Part shown: piece after piece, positions 48,136-61,205 of the stretch
Layout of the letters: each line of letters begins with the position of its first letter
How positions within the stretch are numbered: position 1 is the stretch's first letter
Assembly: GCA_964188305.1 (NCBI GenBank)
Contig: OZ076886.1
Origin: Podarcis bocagei
Taxonomy: Eukaryota
Length of the DNA: 64,000 bases
Reading direction: 5' to 3' (one strand)
The notes under the pieces: model-generated
The model's database searches: none
What the model was told of the DNA's origin: nothing
Seen by the model: only the letters and a program-made list of their open reading frames with translations
Made by a program: the position numbers and the translations under genes

Positions 48136-49175
48136 AAGGTGCCACAAGAATGTTATAGAACAGAGCACAAGAGGTGGGGGGGGGTGGCACACCGAATTTT
48201 AGCACTGCACAGGGCACCACTGAAATTTGCCCCAAATCTTCCGCTGACATGGATTATCCCCACATTTAATTGTATGCACAGAGTTCTTGATAGATCTCAA
48301 CTCTGTGATCATCATAGAAAATAGTATATTTAGCCTATAGGGAAACCACCAGACCAAACCAGTGAGGAAACATTACTTTCTGGATTGTTCCATACACCCA
48401 GGCAGTAAAAGGAGTTCGGATGAGGCTGGTTTAACAATTCTGAACACACAAAATGATTCTGAGAAATAAAGCTTAAGGACAGAATCTCCTCTAAATCTTT
48501 TCGGAATCCCAAATCCTATTTAAATGAATCCCAGTCAGAAACAGAACAGTCCTTGCCGTTCATCTTCTCCTATTGCAGTGGGAAGGCCCAAGGCCTTGCA
48601 CTGGTTTTTCAAATGAAATATCACTGAAGGACCTTGCCCAGCAGAAGGTCTTTATCTGGCTTCACAACAACTGGCATCTTTGTGTCAATGGGAATGACTT
48701 GGCTGTTGATGCCACTTGGCAGGGAGGGTAAGAGTAGTAAAACAGCACATTCTGCTACAGAAAAAGACTAATGCTCAGCTTTGTCTCTTTTTCCTCTCAC
48801 CCCCCCCCCCTTTATATTTTGCTCCTCTGATGGGAGTAATTTGACTTCTGGCAGTTTGAAGAGACCCACTGCGAGTCATTACTTACACTTGACTTCTTTG
48901 ATTTGCTTATCACCCTCAGTCGAAGCTCCCTTCTTCTACTCCTGACACAGGATTGATGCCAAATTTGGAACGGAGGAGCCAGCTGTTCTGAAGAGTGACA
49001 GGCCAGTGAGATTTGCAAGCATTCAGATATACGGTAGAGGATTTTACACTGGCCCTCTCAAGAGACTAAAGTGAAAGAAGAAGATCACAACTTTTAGTTA
49101 GACATCAGAATGGGACATTCCCTCCTCTGCCCCCCTAAAAACCTCTCTCTAAGAACAAATAGTCACTAGTTTGAA

Positions 49176-49322
49176 CAGTGGCGTAGCGTGGGTTGTCAGC
49201 ACCCGGAGCAAGGCAAGTAATCTGTGCCCCCTAACCCGTGGATTTGCGCCCCCTAACCCTAACCCCCAGATGTTGCGCCCAGTGCGGCCGGCCCCCCCTG
49301 CACCCCCCACGCTACGCCACTG
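49176..49322 (+). mobile_element. 147-bp hAT MITE with CCCTAA motifs, copy 2
   Basis: Same TIR as copy 1; perfect TSD agtttgaa. Confidence 0.95.
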
Positions 49323-50738
49323 AGTTTGAAGTCAGTGGGGCAAGGACTGTAACATTAAGCATGCTTAGCTTGAAAATAACTCCCACTGAAATCAATAGAA
49401 CTTACTTTCAACTAAACATAATCAATAGTTTTACTTTTTTAAATCCAAGACACCTGCACACACACATGAACACACCTGGTTCTTGGGAACTGTAGTTTAC
49501 CCCTCACAGAGGTGCAATCCACAGCGCCCTTAACAAACTAGAGGTCCTATAAATTTTTTTGTGGGGCAATGTGCTTTAAAGGCACTTAAAATGTATGTTA
49601 TGTATGCAGCCCAAGTCTGGCGATTACTGCATTAGCAGCTCAGTCATATATGTATGTTTATCCAGAGACTAAAGTTCAATGAACTTACTCCCAGGGAAGT
49701 ATTGTTAAGCTTTCAGTCCTCAGATATATGAGGGCTTCTATTCTGGTTCTTTTGATAACTGTAGATGTACCAAGAAATCTTGAAGATTGAGAAGAAGTAG
49801 AATAAAGGGCATAGATAGATTTGACATGTTAGCATAGATTTTAGACACTAGTATGAACTAAAGTTTTCTGTAACGTCAGTCCCAATTTTTGCACCAGTTA
49901 AATAGATGATTCTTTTCCATTTTACAGATCATTTCCCAAAAAAAATCCATCATACCGGGATTTAGTTACTAAATTTTAGTCTTTGAAAACTATAATTAAA
50001 TAATGGGACTCAACCAAGTTCAGTGGGGGTACCCCCTGTCCATGATGTCTGAACGTGTGTGTATCCCATCAGGTCTGCCCTCTGCAGTCCCAAGATGTTT
50101 TGCACAAATGACTTTATTTTTGTTGTAAGAAAATATGTTTTACTAGGCAGCTTTATGAGGTCTGACAAAATGCCTCATAAATAACCCAGCAGGAAATATG
50201 GGGTAAATAAAATCTTTACAACTTGATCATAAACCTTAGGAGTCTTTGGTTTCTTTACAAATGGAACAGGCAGGGTATTTCATTAAGGGAAAGGACATGC
50301 TCCTTAAAGCTCAAGAATTACAGATGCAATGCCTTTTTAACCTGCAATTCAGTCAAACAGGTTTGGTGGCAGTGGAAAATCTAAAAGGCCTGTACGGGCA
50401 TCAAGGGTCATGCCCTGCACAAGTCTCCAAGTATTCAAGATCGGTGGCACGCAAGAGTGGACACATAATCACTTATCTGCTCAGTCCTGAAAATGGATTG
50501 TAAGTTTCCAGGATCAGATGGTGGGATATGCTGTGAAATGCTTTTTCTGCATGTGCATGTTAGCAGCAGATTACAGAAGTGGATATATTACAGAGGTACC
50601 CATAAACCATTACCAGCCACACATGTAATATGCAAAAGCCAAGACAAAACAGTTATATTCTATTGCTTGTAGATTTGCTTAATACATTTAAAGCTGATGT
50701 AAGACAATTGAATTGATTTTGTCACTATCTACCTATCA

Positions 50739-51041
50739 GGGACACGGGTGGCTTGGGTTAAACCACAGAACCTAGGGCTTGCCGATCAGAGCTCCCATTG
50801 CTTGGTCCCTGCTCCTGCCAACCTAGCAGTTCAGAAGCATGCCAATGTGCAAGTAGATAAATAGGTAGGTACTGCTCCAGCAGGAAGGTAACGGTGTTTC
50901 CGTGCGCTGCTCTGGTTTGCCAGAAGCGGCTTAGTGATGCTGGCCACATGACCCGGAAGCTGTACGCCGGCTCCCTCAGCCAATAAAGCGAGATGAGCGC
51001 CACAACCCCTAATGGTCAGGGATCCCCCTTTATCTTTACCT
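50739..51041 (+). mobile_element. Sauria SINE with internal deletions
   Basis: gggacacgggtggc..; B-box segment missing; tail ctttatctttacc; flanks tacctatca/tacctatta. Confidence 0.92.
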
Positions 51042-52806
51042 TACCTATTAAGATTTTTTAATATCTTGCCTAGCCACTACTATACAATGCACAAGGCAGC
51101 CCACAAATAAGAAAAGAAATAAATTTAATCCAACACAAAAGGTTTTTTTTTAAAAAAATCTATTATTAATTTTACACACATACCCTGCACAGCTTTCCAC
51201 TGAGATGCTAAATGCAGCCTCCATGATTCTTTCTCATTTTCCAACATTACCATCGCAACATTCTTGTGAAGTAGGTTAGACTACAAAGGGAGTGACTGGC
51301 CCAAGAGTCACGTAGGCTGCAACACACGTTATTTACCCCAAATCACTTCTTTTCTCTTAATGACAAAAAAAAATTTTATATGGCATTGTGAATTACCTTC
51401 TTCACTTTCTCCAAGCTGCGACAATTTCATTTTGCCTGTGGTATTTTTCTGTTTTCTAACTCTGTTCTTTTGAAACCCTCATAAAAATGACCTGGGAAGC
51501 AGCAGAAGAAGCCACAAGCACCTAGAAGTGGAGAAAGGGTGGGTAGATATGCAAAACCAGAATGGAGATATTGCCTGGGGAAAAAGACGGTTAGGCTTTA
51601 GGGGGATTGGGAGAGAAATTGATAAAAGAGTCGATTCAACACTGGGGGGTGGAGGAGAGAGAGAGAGAGAGCTGTTGAAGCAGTAGCAGAAGTTGGTGTT
51701 AAGAACAGGGAAACTGCTAAGAGGCACTGCACAGCCAGAAATATTTGAAAAGGTGTATCAGACAGTGATTGTTGTCTCTCAGGTGCTCAAACAGAATCAC
51801 AGTCAGGACACTGGAGAATGGGAAAAGGCATGTGACCACACTCCAGCTTCACAATTTGTGTCTACAACACAAACACTTTTCTTAAAACAATTTTTATTCT
51901 CCATTTCTTCTCTTTTCTCTCTCTCCCGCCACACTGCCCCAACTGTCACTTTTCCAGCATGCTGATTCCCTTGGCAACAGTTGCCGAGGCCACCCAGAAT
52001 GGTCTCACCCCCAGCTAGTTGCAGTTTTACTTATCCTTTGTTTTCCTCAGGCAACTTGCCTTATGAACTGTATTAAAACCAAAATAGAAATATGAAAAAA
52101 AAAAATCTCATCATGAAACTACACACACACATGATCATCATCTGCCACAGCGTGAAGTTTCAAGTAAAATAGTATTGTGTGTTTCTTCCATTATTTGTTT
52201 ATTATTACATTTATAGCTCTCGTTTCCTCCAAGCAGGTCTGTGTGGTATGCGTAGTTCTCCGCCTCTTCATTATCCCCACAACAACCCTATGAGGTAGGT
52301 CAGGCTGAGAAAAATGCAACAGATCTAGATGGCATGTGTACTGAGTAGAAAATGCAAGAACTCGGTCTCCATTGGCTCTAGAATAAAGTGTCATGTGTAG
52401 GCAGCCAAAACGGCTTTGGGAAATGGTGCACAGGGAGAGAGTTAAGCACCAACATACCTTTCCACTTCTCTGTTCAAACTTACTTCGTTTCTTTGAAACC
52501 ATTTATATCCTGCTCTCCCTCCCTAAGACAAACAGCGGCATACAGTTACAGTAAACATAACATTAAAAAACCCCAGTAAAACTCACAGCAACCCAAATAA
52601 CTCAAAAGCCTGGTCAGAATTAAAAGTTTTTTACTTTCTTCACAAGCAGTGAAAACTTCAAAATCCACAGATGGGTAATACCTTTATCAGGATCAACCAA
52701 AATGTCACAAAAATGTAGCAAGCTTGCAGGCAATATGCTGCACAAAGCAGGGGTGAGAGGCATGAAGAAAAAAGTACAAATACTGGGCTGCTTGTTGACT
52801 TGTGTC

Positions 52807-53049
52807 CCATCTGCGTTATACATTTAAGGCAGGGTCATATCACTTTGAACAGCCATGGCTCCCCACTCCGAGGAATCCTGGGAGCTGTAGTATGTTAAGG
52901 GTGCTGAGAGTTGTTAGGAGATCCCCTATTCCCCTCACAGAGCTACAATCCTCATAGTATTTTTGCAGTCAATCTCTCTTCCCAGGGAACTTTGAATCCA
53001 TGGTGATTTAAAGTGGTATGATCCTGCTTAAAATGTATAGTGCAGATGG
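52807..53049. mobile_element. Palindromic MITE
   Basis: ccatctgc..tatacatttaa / ttaaaatgtatagtgcagatgg inverted ends. Confidence 0.7.
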
Positions 53050-53089
53050 AGCCTCAGTTCCAAGATGGCAATTCAGTGAAGCAACTGTC

Positions 53090-53340
53090 TAGATCTCCTG
53101 AGGGAGGGAATTCCAGAGGAGGGAGGCTGCCACAGAAAAATCACATGTTGACACCTTATAAATAACTGAAGGGACAGCAAGAAGGGCCTCTGTGGAAGAT
53201 CTCAAGTGTCAGGATTATAAGGAACAATCAGATAATCAGATAACCCGTTCCCAAGTCATGTAGGGCTTCATAAGTCGTAAACAGCACTTTGAATTGTGCT
53301 TAGTAACTTATAGGCAGCCAATGCAGTTGGTACAAAACTG
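53090..53340 (-). mobile_element. Old L2 fragment
   Basis: gggagggaattccagag..gctgccacagaaaa..cagcactttgaattgtgct..ggcagccaatgcag. Confidence 0.6.
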
Positions 53341-55059
53341 TTGGTTTCTCACACCTGTGAGAAACCTAAAGCATCCTGAAGCTGATCATCACAAAAATAG
53401 AAACAAATCATTTGGGGTATCACTACACATATTTGCACATAATACGTAGACCAGACTTAGGACCAGGATACCTAAGTGACTGTCCGATGACAGATCATAT
53501 GAGTCTGTATCCAATATCATCTAGCGAGGCCCTGTAGTAAGTCTCATGGGCACCTGAGGCTTGGCTACCGCATAGCCTTGAGATATTTGTCTCACTCTCT
53601 TCTTGATGTTGTTTCAGGTTAATTTTTTTCTGTTCCAAAAGGCCTTTAGGATGCTTCCAGACTGTTGCTATTTGGGGATGGGATTCAATCACATACCTGC
53701 ATTCAGGTATGTGCAATTAGTTTATTAACCTACCTCACAAGATTGTTGTGAGGATAAACCATTTCTATCCCACTAGCTCTTTGGAGGAAGAGCAAGATAA
53801 AAAAAAAAATGTAATGTGTAGACTGGGTCTAAGGTCAGATGCCTTGTGGTCACACCCTCTGCTGCAGGGTATGCAACAAGTTATAGAAGATCTGCAAGGT
53901 GTGATTATTTCTCCAATAAGGAACTTTATCACTTGCAACCCAGTGCCCTAAAGGAACTCAGGCTTTGCGGCTCCTAATTTGTAAATACATTAGTGGGAAG
54001 CACGGCTTTCCCAAAGGCAAATTCCTTGCTCCCTCAAAGCAATGCAATTCCACTATCATTTTTTAAACAGACTCATTCCTCTAGCAGTGTGTATTCTGCG
54101 AGATCCTCCGCTCTCACGCCTTGGAAGTGAGTGACAGCATTTCAAAAGCCTGGCAGAGTGGGGTGTGTGTGTGTGGAATTGGCTTCTTTGTGGTACATAA
54201 CGCTGCTTAGGCGAAAGCCCCATATGTTGCTGAGTTATCTATTCTCAGTCCCATGGCATTATCTCTTGTGATCCTGTCACTAGCTCCCCAGACACCCAAG
54301 GTTAAATAAAATATCATTTCCTTCTGATTTAGCTTTTGTCTTTTGCATTTTAAAAAAGCTTTAAAGGTCCCCATGGATTCAACCTTTCAGGCCAGAGCAG
54401 TACATGGGAAACCCCTTCCCAGGCATTTCACTCTAGATAATGTCATGCTTGATTCATGAGATTATTCAAAGCACTGCTTTCCGTTGTTGTTGCTGCTGCT
54501 GCTGCTTGGAGCTTTGATGGTTCTTGGCTTGGGTCCTTTCAGCTTCTTCCCAACGCCACCTCTTATTGTCACAGTCACAAACCTGCTCCTTGGAGAGCAG
54601 AAATAAAGGCCATGATCAAATGAGACGAGAAATATCAGCCAGCACTTGTAATGATGGGGGGAGGATTAAAGGGGAGAAGCTGTGAGAGCTTTCAAGGCTC
54701 TACATGACAGGTGTCATCTAGAGAATGAGAAAGCAAAGGGGCTTGTGGAATTCTCCTGTAAAGAACAGGACCACACTGGAGAATATAGCACGGGAGTGAG
54801 AGGCCTGCGGCTCTCTGGACATTGCTGGATTCCAGCTCTCATCTCTCAACTTTTCCACTCTTGATTTTAAAATGCATGTCACGGTGCACATTATCACAGG
54901 TAGATGTTGTATATTTCTTTATGGACACAGCACAGTCCCAAGTATTTCAGATATTTAAATTTTCAAATTTCAGTACACACTTGCATGGTTGTCAGAAACC
55001 ACTTCCTATTCCAAACAGAGTTTTGCCAGATAGATGCCAAAATAGACACTCCACGGTCA

Positions 55060-55184
55060 GAAGGAACATGCCTCTTAATACCATTTGCTGGGAATCCCAA
55101 GTCGCAGGCTTCCCATTGGCATTCATCGGCCACTGTGAGAACACAATGTTAGACTAGAAGGGCCTCTGGCCTGATTCTTATGTC
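55060..55184 (+). mobile_element. CR1 3' end fragment
   Basis: atgcctcttaatacca..ggccactgtgagaacacaatgttagactaga..ggcctgattcttatg. Confidence 0.65.
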
Positions 55185-56540
55185 TAGCATGAGCAGGAGT
55201 CTTCTGTTAGCTAAGATTCAACATTCACAATGGCAACCAACAAACACGGTGATATAATATGTACAACTGCCAATGCTGGCGTCAGTTTTCTGTGGGAGCC
55301 CTTGAGCAAGATGGGCCTCCCTCTAGGAGTGTGCTCACCTCTGTATTGCCACTGTCACTGTTCTTGTTCACTCGCCTTCTGCCTCTTGTTGCTGCTTGCA
55401 TGCTTGGAGAAGACAGGTGAACAGACAGAGGCAGCAAGGAGTCTCCCATGGCAAAATATCACCCTGGACTAACATCAAGTAGATAAGCATTGACTAACAT
55501 CAAGTAGATAAACGTCCCATAGAGCTAGAGTGGCTGAGCTATGAAGCAGGAAGTTCTGCTTCTGCCATCATCTCATGAGGTAGCCTTAAGCAAATTTTAA
55601 CCTCTTGGCCTCCTATTTACAGTAGAAGTAACAATCCTGACTGCCTTACAGAGTTCCCATAAGGTTTACTGGGAAAATGTAAGCAGAGCACACTAAACAC
55701 TCAGAAGACCTACTTAAATGCTACATATCATTATTATTGTCCTGTATTTATCCAACAGCTATGATGAGAGGGCAGCGCTAATGGGAATTTATTGCTGGCA
55801 ATTTCATACTTGGGGAGGCCTACATTAGTTGCTGTGAATTGGTGATGTTGGATGTTTTGAATTGTTTTTAGGAGGTTGTTTTTAAAAGTTTGAATTGTAA
55901 TTTATTATTGACATATTTGTCACCCTGTGTTCTTTCAGGAGGAAGGGTGGGCTGTAAATTTATTGAATGAATGTTGCTACCCAGTTTTAGTTTTGTCTTT
56001 TTTTACCTATTTCCCTGTGTAAATGAAACTATCTTGCAACCATTCTTGGGGTGGAGCAACACATTTCAATGGAAGATAAAACAGTAAGTTCTGTTTTATT
56101 GGAGCTCTAGAGAAAGAAATAAAGAAAGGCTGGGGATGACAAAGAAACTGGCGAATGTGAATACAGACACATCTTCAGGTAGAGAGGGAGAACAAAAGAC
56201 CTTCTGCCCAGAAATGTCCCCCAAGCCTCATTGTCACTTCAAGGCGTAACATTATCCCATCTGCTATACAGAGACAGACTACTAGGCACTGGCACCTGAG
56301 TTCCATGACAATAGTCACCTTTACCTTGCTGTGGTCCAGACATGCAGGGAGTGGCCTGAGGTGTGGGTTCAAGAGAAGATGGGATTATGCAGATTACACT
56401 CCCTGACACCAGCAAGGCTGCCAATACTGAAACAAATAAAGCCACAGAAATCACAAATTGGTTATTTCAGTAATGGGTGGTTTAAGACCTTCAGATTTTA
56501 TAAACAATAGCTTTGTTGCAGGGCAGGGCAGGAACAGGAG

Positions 56541-56542
56541 GA

Positions 56543-56578
<36 letters not shown>
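56541..56578. repeat. (GAAA)n microsatellite
   Basis: Seen directly. Confidence 0.95.
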
Positions 56579-56761
56579 GGAAGGAAGGAATCTCATTCAT
56601 GCAACACCATCCATGTGTATATGGGATTTCTTTTTTTTAACCTTGGGATTTAATATGATGCCTCAATAGTGATTTAAGAAGCCCCCGCAGCCTAAGATTC
56701 CAAGATCCCCTCCTCTTCCTCTTAAACTGACCATAACTACACACTGACATTGAACTTAAAT

Positions 56762-56901
56762 CAGGGATGGGGAATCTGTCACTCTCCAGATGTGGTTGGA
56801 TTCCAACCCCTTTCATCCCTGACCTTTGGCCATCCTGGCTGGGCCTTGATGAGATTCAGAGCCCAAGAATGTTGGGAAGGGCCAATGGTCCCCCATCCCT
56901 G
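56762..56901. mobile_element. Palindromic hAT-type MITE
   Basis: TIR cagggatgggg/ccccatccctg; TSD acttaaat/ccttaaat (7/8). Confidence 0.85.
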
Positions 56902-57401
56902 CCTTAAATAGCTAAAGAAAATCATTCCTGGGAGACTCATCAGACAAGACTCATTTACATGCTGAGCATCTAACAAATCAACATATTCAGGAGTAGGAAG
57001 GAATCCCCCCCCTCCCCCCAAGGTTAGATTAGCTGGTAATTCTCACATAATTGCCAAAGCAAGCGTAAGACAAAACCCTTAGAATAAACTGGATTGAGCT
57101 GAAGGGGTGTCTCTGAGGTGGCAAAGTTAGTTCTGCAGCTCTTTATAAACTGGATAACCAGAGGATGTCCTCTGTGAGAAATATGCGTGCTAGGAGAATA
57201 ACTTAACTGCAGAAGTTTACATTCCAGGTGTGTTGGTCTGAGTATGCTTTCCCAGAAAAGCAATCTCAGCAGCACACGTCCACTCGGAGCCCATACATTT
57301 CAATGAAGCTGTGCTGACTTACAGGGAGAATGCTATATACTTAACCCAAATCCTCCACAGCATACTGAGTTGAATTACATTTAAGGTCAACAGCTTCTAG
57401 G

Positions 57402-57540
57402 TAGTGGTGTAGCGTGGGGGGTGCAGGGGGGCCGGCCGCACCGGGCGCAACATCTCGGGTTAGGGGGCACAACATCACGGGTTAGGGGGCGCAAATTACT
57501 TGCCTTGTCCCGGGTGCTGACAACCCACACTACGCCACTG
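57402..57540 (-). mobile_element. hAT MITE with TTAGGG motifs, copy 3 (139 bp)
   Basis: Perfect TSD cttctagg; TIRs carry C>T changes; one ttaggg unit fewer. Confidence 0.93.
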
Positions 57541-58301
57541 CTTCTAGGTGGTACATAGATGGATGTGAGAAGGCACTTTATAGTCTCTCACATTAAACTT
57601 CCTGGTTTCCTAGTCTCCTTTTCTGAGAGGCATTTGTGTAAGTTTCTTAGGAATCAACATATTGATTTCCTAGAAATCAACAAATTAATCATCATAAAAC
57701 ATATTACCAGAGGATCAAACCTAATGAGTCACATTTTCAAGCTAATTTTTGCATTGCTAAAATTTCCATCTTTTAGCATCATTTTTTTCCTGTTTTGCAA
57801 ATTCCCCCCAAAAAAACTTGGAGTAGGAGGAATGGCAGTGTGATCCTAGATATGTGTGCTCAGAAGTAAATCAGTAGAACCTACTCCAGGGTAATTGTGT
57901 ATAGGCTGCAATATAATACACATTTTCCTAGTAGTAGGCCCCATGGAACTCCATGGGTGGTCTTGAGCTAAGGTTTACCCAGAATAAACCCACTAAAATG
58001 AATCAACATAGCTAAGTCAGATCTATTAATTTCAATAGGTCTACTCTGAGTAAAACCTTATTGAATACCAACCAATGTGCTAACTTTTGCAAAGGATTGC
58101 ACTGTTAGGCACTAAGTTCCAATCAAGCAGAGGAATAGGGGGGAGAGGGAGAAGAAATGGAGAGAATGTAATAATAATAATAATAATAATAATAGGCAAC
58201 AACCCTCTTTTTACTCATATTGAAAGGCGCTACACCCGAGCAATCATGCAATTTAGCTCCGGAGTAATAAAGACCCATGCTTGACTTCATAATTATCATG
58301 C

Positions 58302-58593
58302 TTTGGATGAGGAACCTGCCAGCCTCCAAATACTACTGAACTAAAACTCCCATTATTCATGAGCATTGGCCATGCTGGCTGGGGCTCAGTGGCGTAGCGT
58401 GGGGGGTGCAGGGGGGGCCGGCTGCACCGGGCGCAACATCTGGGGGTTAGGGTTAGGGGCGCAAATCCACGGGTTAGGGGGTGCAAATTACTTGCCTTGC
58501 CCCGGGTGCTGACAACCCACGCTACGCCACTGCTGGGGCTGATGGGAGTTGGAGTTTAGTTACGTTTGAAAGGCCATAAATTCCCAATTCCTG
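58302..58593. mobile_element. Palindromic hAT-type MITE interrupted by copy 4 of the TTAGGG MITE
   Basis: ggatgaggaacctg..cattggccatgctggctggggct[insert]gatgggagttggag..ttcccaattcctg. Confidence 0.75.
58387..58532 (-). mobile_element. hAT MITE with TTAGGG motifs, copy 4
   Basis: Perfect TIRs; perfect TSD ctggggct. Confidence 0.95.
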
Positions 58594-58656
58594 CTTTAGA
58601 AAATCCTATCTGCTATTCTAGGTTATCAATCTTCTTTATTTATACAACAACAACAG

Positions 58657-58897
58657 CAGCAGCAGCAACAACAATTTGTACCTCACCCATCTGACTGGGT
58701 TGCCCCAGCCACTCTGGGCGGCTTCCAACATATATAAAAACATAATCAAACCTTAAACCTTAAAAAGCTTCCCTATATAGGGCTGCCTTCGGATGTCTTC
58801 TAAAGGTTATATACGGTAGTTACTCATCTCCTTGACATCTGATGGGAGGGCGTTCCACAAGGTGGGCACCACTACCGAGAAGGCCCTCTGCCTGGTT
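58657..58897 (-). mobile_element. L2 LINE 3' fragment running into the gap
   Basis: ccccagccactctgggcggcttcc..gacatctgatgggagggcgttccacaaggtgggcaccactaccgagaaggc. Confidence 0.85.
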
Positions 58898-59055
58898 NNN
58901 NNNNNNNNNNNNNNNNNNNNNNNNNNNNNNNNNNNNNNNNNNNNNNNNNNNNNNNNNNNNNNNNNNNNNNNNNNNNNNNNNNNNNNNNNNNNNNNNNNNN
59001 NNNNNNNNNNNNNNNNNNNNNNNNNNNNNNNNNNNNNNNNNNNNNNNNNNNNNNN
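58898..59055. other. Assembly gap (158 N)
   Basis: N run. Confidence 1.
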
Positions 59056-59706
59056 ATTATGTAGAAGTTGAAGTAATCTACATATGCATTTATGGACCTA
59101 TATGTAAATGTGTGAGCAAACCGTGGATGTGCATCACATATATTTTCGGCTCTTCCAGGTGTCAAAACACTGCAAACCCAAATCAGTATCCTTTTGTCCT
59201 ACATTTTAAGGTAATCCTTAACAGGGCAGACTTATAGTAGTGCAATATCCTGGCCGCAAGTAAGGAATGGGGAAGGGGCAAGAGACGTGAGGATATTGGA
59301 ATCAGGGAGAGAAAAGAAGCAAGAAAAGCAGTTGGTAAGATGAGCCGCATGATATTAAAAAAGGATTTCAGTGCAATACCACAGTGGGGAGTTCAAAGGA
59401 GCTGAAAATAAAGAACATTTAAAAACTGTTGTACAGATTTCTCAGTATGCCACACAAATGTTGTGAGGACAGTGTTGCACAGCTCCATTGATGTCATGAT
59501 TGCTAGTTAACAGTTGCCCATGAAGCTTTTTCAAGCTGCAATTGACATGCCCGCTGGAGGGCATATTTCCATTGTCTAGAAGCAAAATATTATTTATATA
59601 TTCTTGTTTCATTTGTTAATTGCTTCTAATAAAACATCCCAGTGCGACTTAACAATAAATATATATTGCTGTCCAAGTACAGGAAAAATCTGATTTCCCC
59701 TATCTA

Positions 59707-59947
59707 CAGTGGTAGCTCAGTTTATGAACTTAATCCATTCCAGAAGTCCGTTCTTAAACCAAAACCGTTCTTAAACCAAGGCACACTTTCCCTAATGAGG
59801 TCTCCCACCGCCGGTGCCCTTCCACCGTTCGGCTTCTGTTCGTAGACCGAGGTAAAGTTCGCTAACTGGAACATTACTTCCGGTTTTGTGGAGTTCATAT
59901 ACCGAATCGTTCTTAAACTGGACTGTTCTTAAACTGAGGTATCACTG
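59707..59947. mobile_element. Tc1/pogo-type MITE, diverged subfamily, copy 7
   Basis: ta|cagtggtagctcagttta...taaactgaggtatcactg|ta. Confidence 0.85.
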
Positions 59948-60114
59948 TATGTGGAGGCACCACATACTGGGTTGAAACTGAAGGGAAAACCTTTCTGCCA
60001 TTAAGGCAAGTGAATGCATTGAAACTAGTTCCAGTTCTGAACCAGGCTTGAATCTTCCTCCCCCCCCCCCCACCATATTTGCTATTCATAATTTATTTGG
60101 ATGTTCTGACAAGT

Positions 60115-60116
60115 TT

Positions 60117-60188
<72 letters not shown>
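60115..60188. repeat. (TTTC)n microsatellite
   Basis: About 18 units. Confidence 0.95.
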
Positions 60189-60994
60189 GTTTATGCATGC
60201 ATGCATGCATGTATTCATTTATTCCCAGAATATGTCCCAGCCTTCATCCAAGGAGTTCCAGTACAGGGAGAGATAGCCATGTTACACTGAGACTCCCATG
60301 TCCACCTCGTCTCCTTCTTTTCATCCCTTACTTCCAACCAACACTACCCTTCAGCCACGTTCTTCACCCCACCCCACCCCACCCCAGATATATTTGTAAA
60401 AGGCCACTTATTCCTTTTAATCCCTTTGGCTATAATTAGCTAACTCTGCATTTTCCCCTGCCCTTATCTCCCCCTGCAAGCCCCAACTGACTGAATATTC
60501 CTGTTTACTTGCATCTCCTGTTCTTCGGTTCCAGGGCAAGTTTTCTTTTTGATCTTCTTAGATCCTGGAGCAGTCTCTTGCGAATTCTTAATTCTTGTAC
60601 TCTCTCACCCACCCCCTTTATCTTCCTCTCTTCATCCTCCCCCTTTCTCTATTTTACTTAACTACTCCATCGTTTAAGATTCCTGATTTTCTCTTCTTCT
60701 TGCTCACTATTATTTATTTACTCATTTTATTAAGGACTTTGAGTCAAGGAGCAGCACATATTGGAGTTAGCCCATTTCATTTTCACAACAACACTGTTGC
60801 AGACACTAAAAACAGGAATATCCAAGTAAGGATTTAGGAGGTCTGGAATATCTCAGCTTTAGGGTGCATTCATGCTGATATTTCAGGGCTCCTACCCTCC
60901 CTCACTATTTCCCCAAACAGCTGACTGGTTGTGTTTTAGCTGCTCCCCCTCCCCAAGCATAGCTGCATGTTCCATTGGATCAGGGCAAATGTAT

Positions 60995-61205
60995 TATTTA
61001 AATTCAATTGCATTCCTATTCCGCCTTTCCTCCAAGGAGCTCAAGGTAGTATACATAGTTTGCCCACTCCCTATTTTATCCTCGCAGCATCCCTGTGAGG
61101 TAAGTTTGGCTGAGAGACAGTGACTGGCCCAAGGTCATCTGTGAACTGCATAGCAGAGTAGAAATTTGAACCTTGAGCTTCCCAGATGAGTCCAGCACTC
61201 TGACC
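60995..61205 (-). mobile_element. MIR-like CORE SINE
   Basis: ccaaggagctcaaggt..ttatcctcgcagcatccctgtgaggtaagtttggctgagagacagtgactggcccaaggtca..atttgaacc. Confidence 0.75.

Noticed and set aside
56239-56454. Minus-strand ORF with a hydrophobic, signal-peptide-like N-terminus (MISVALFVSVLAALLVSG)
   Set aside because: Start codon is GTG, no recognisable family, no supported exon structure; RNA-seq would be needed
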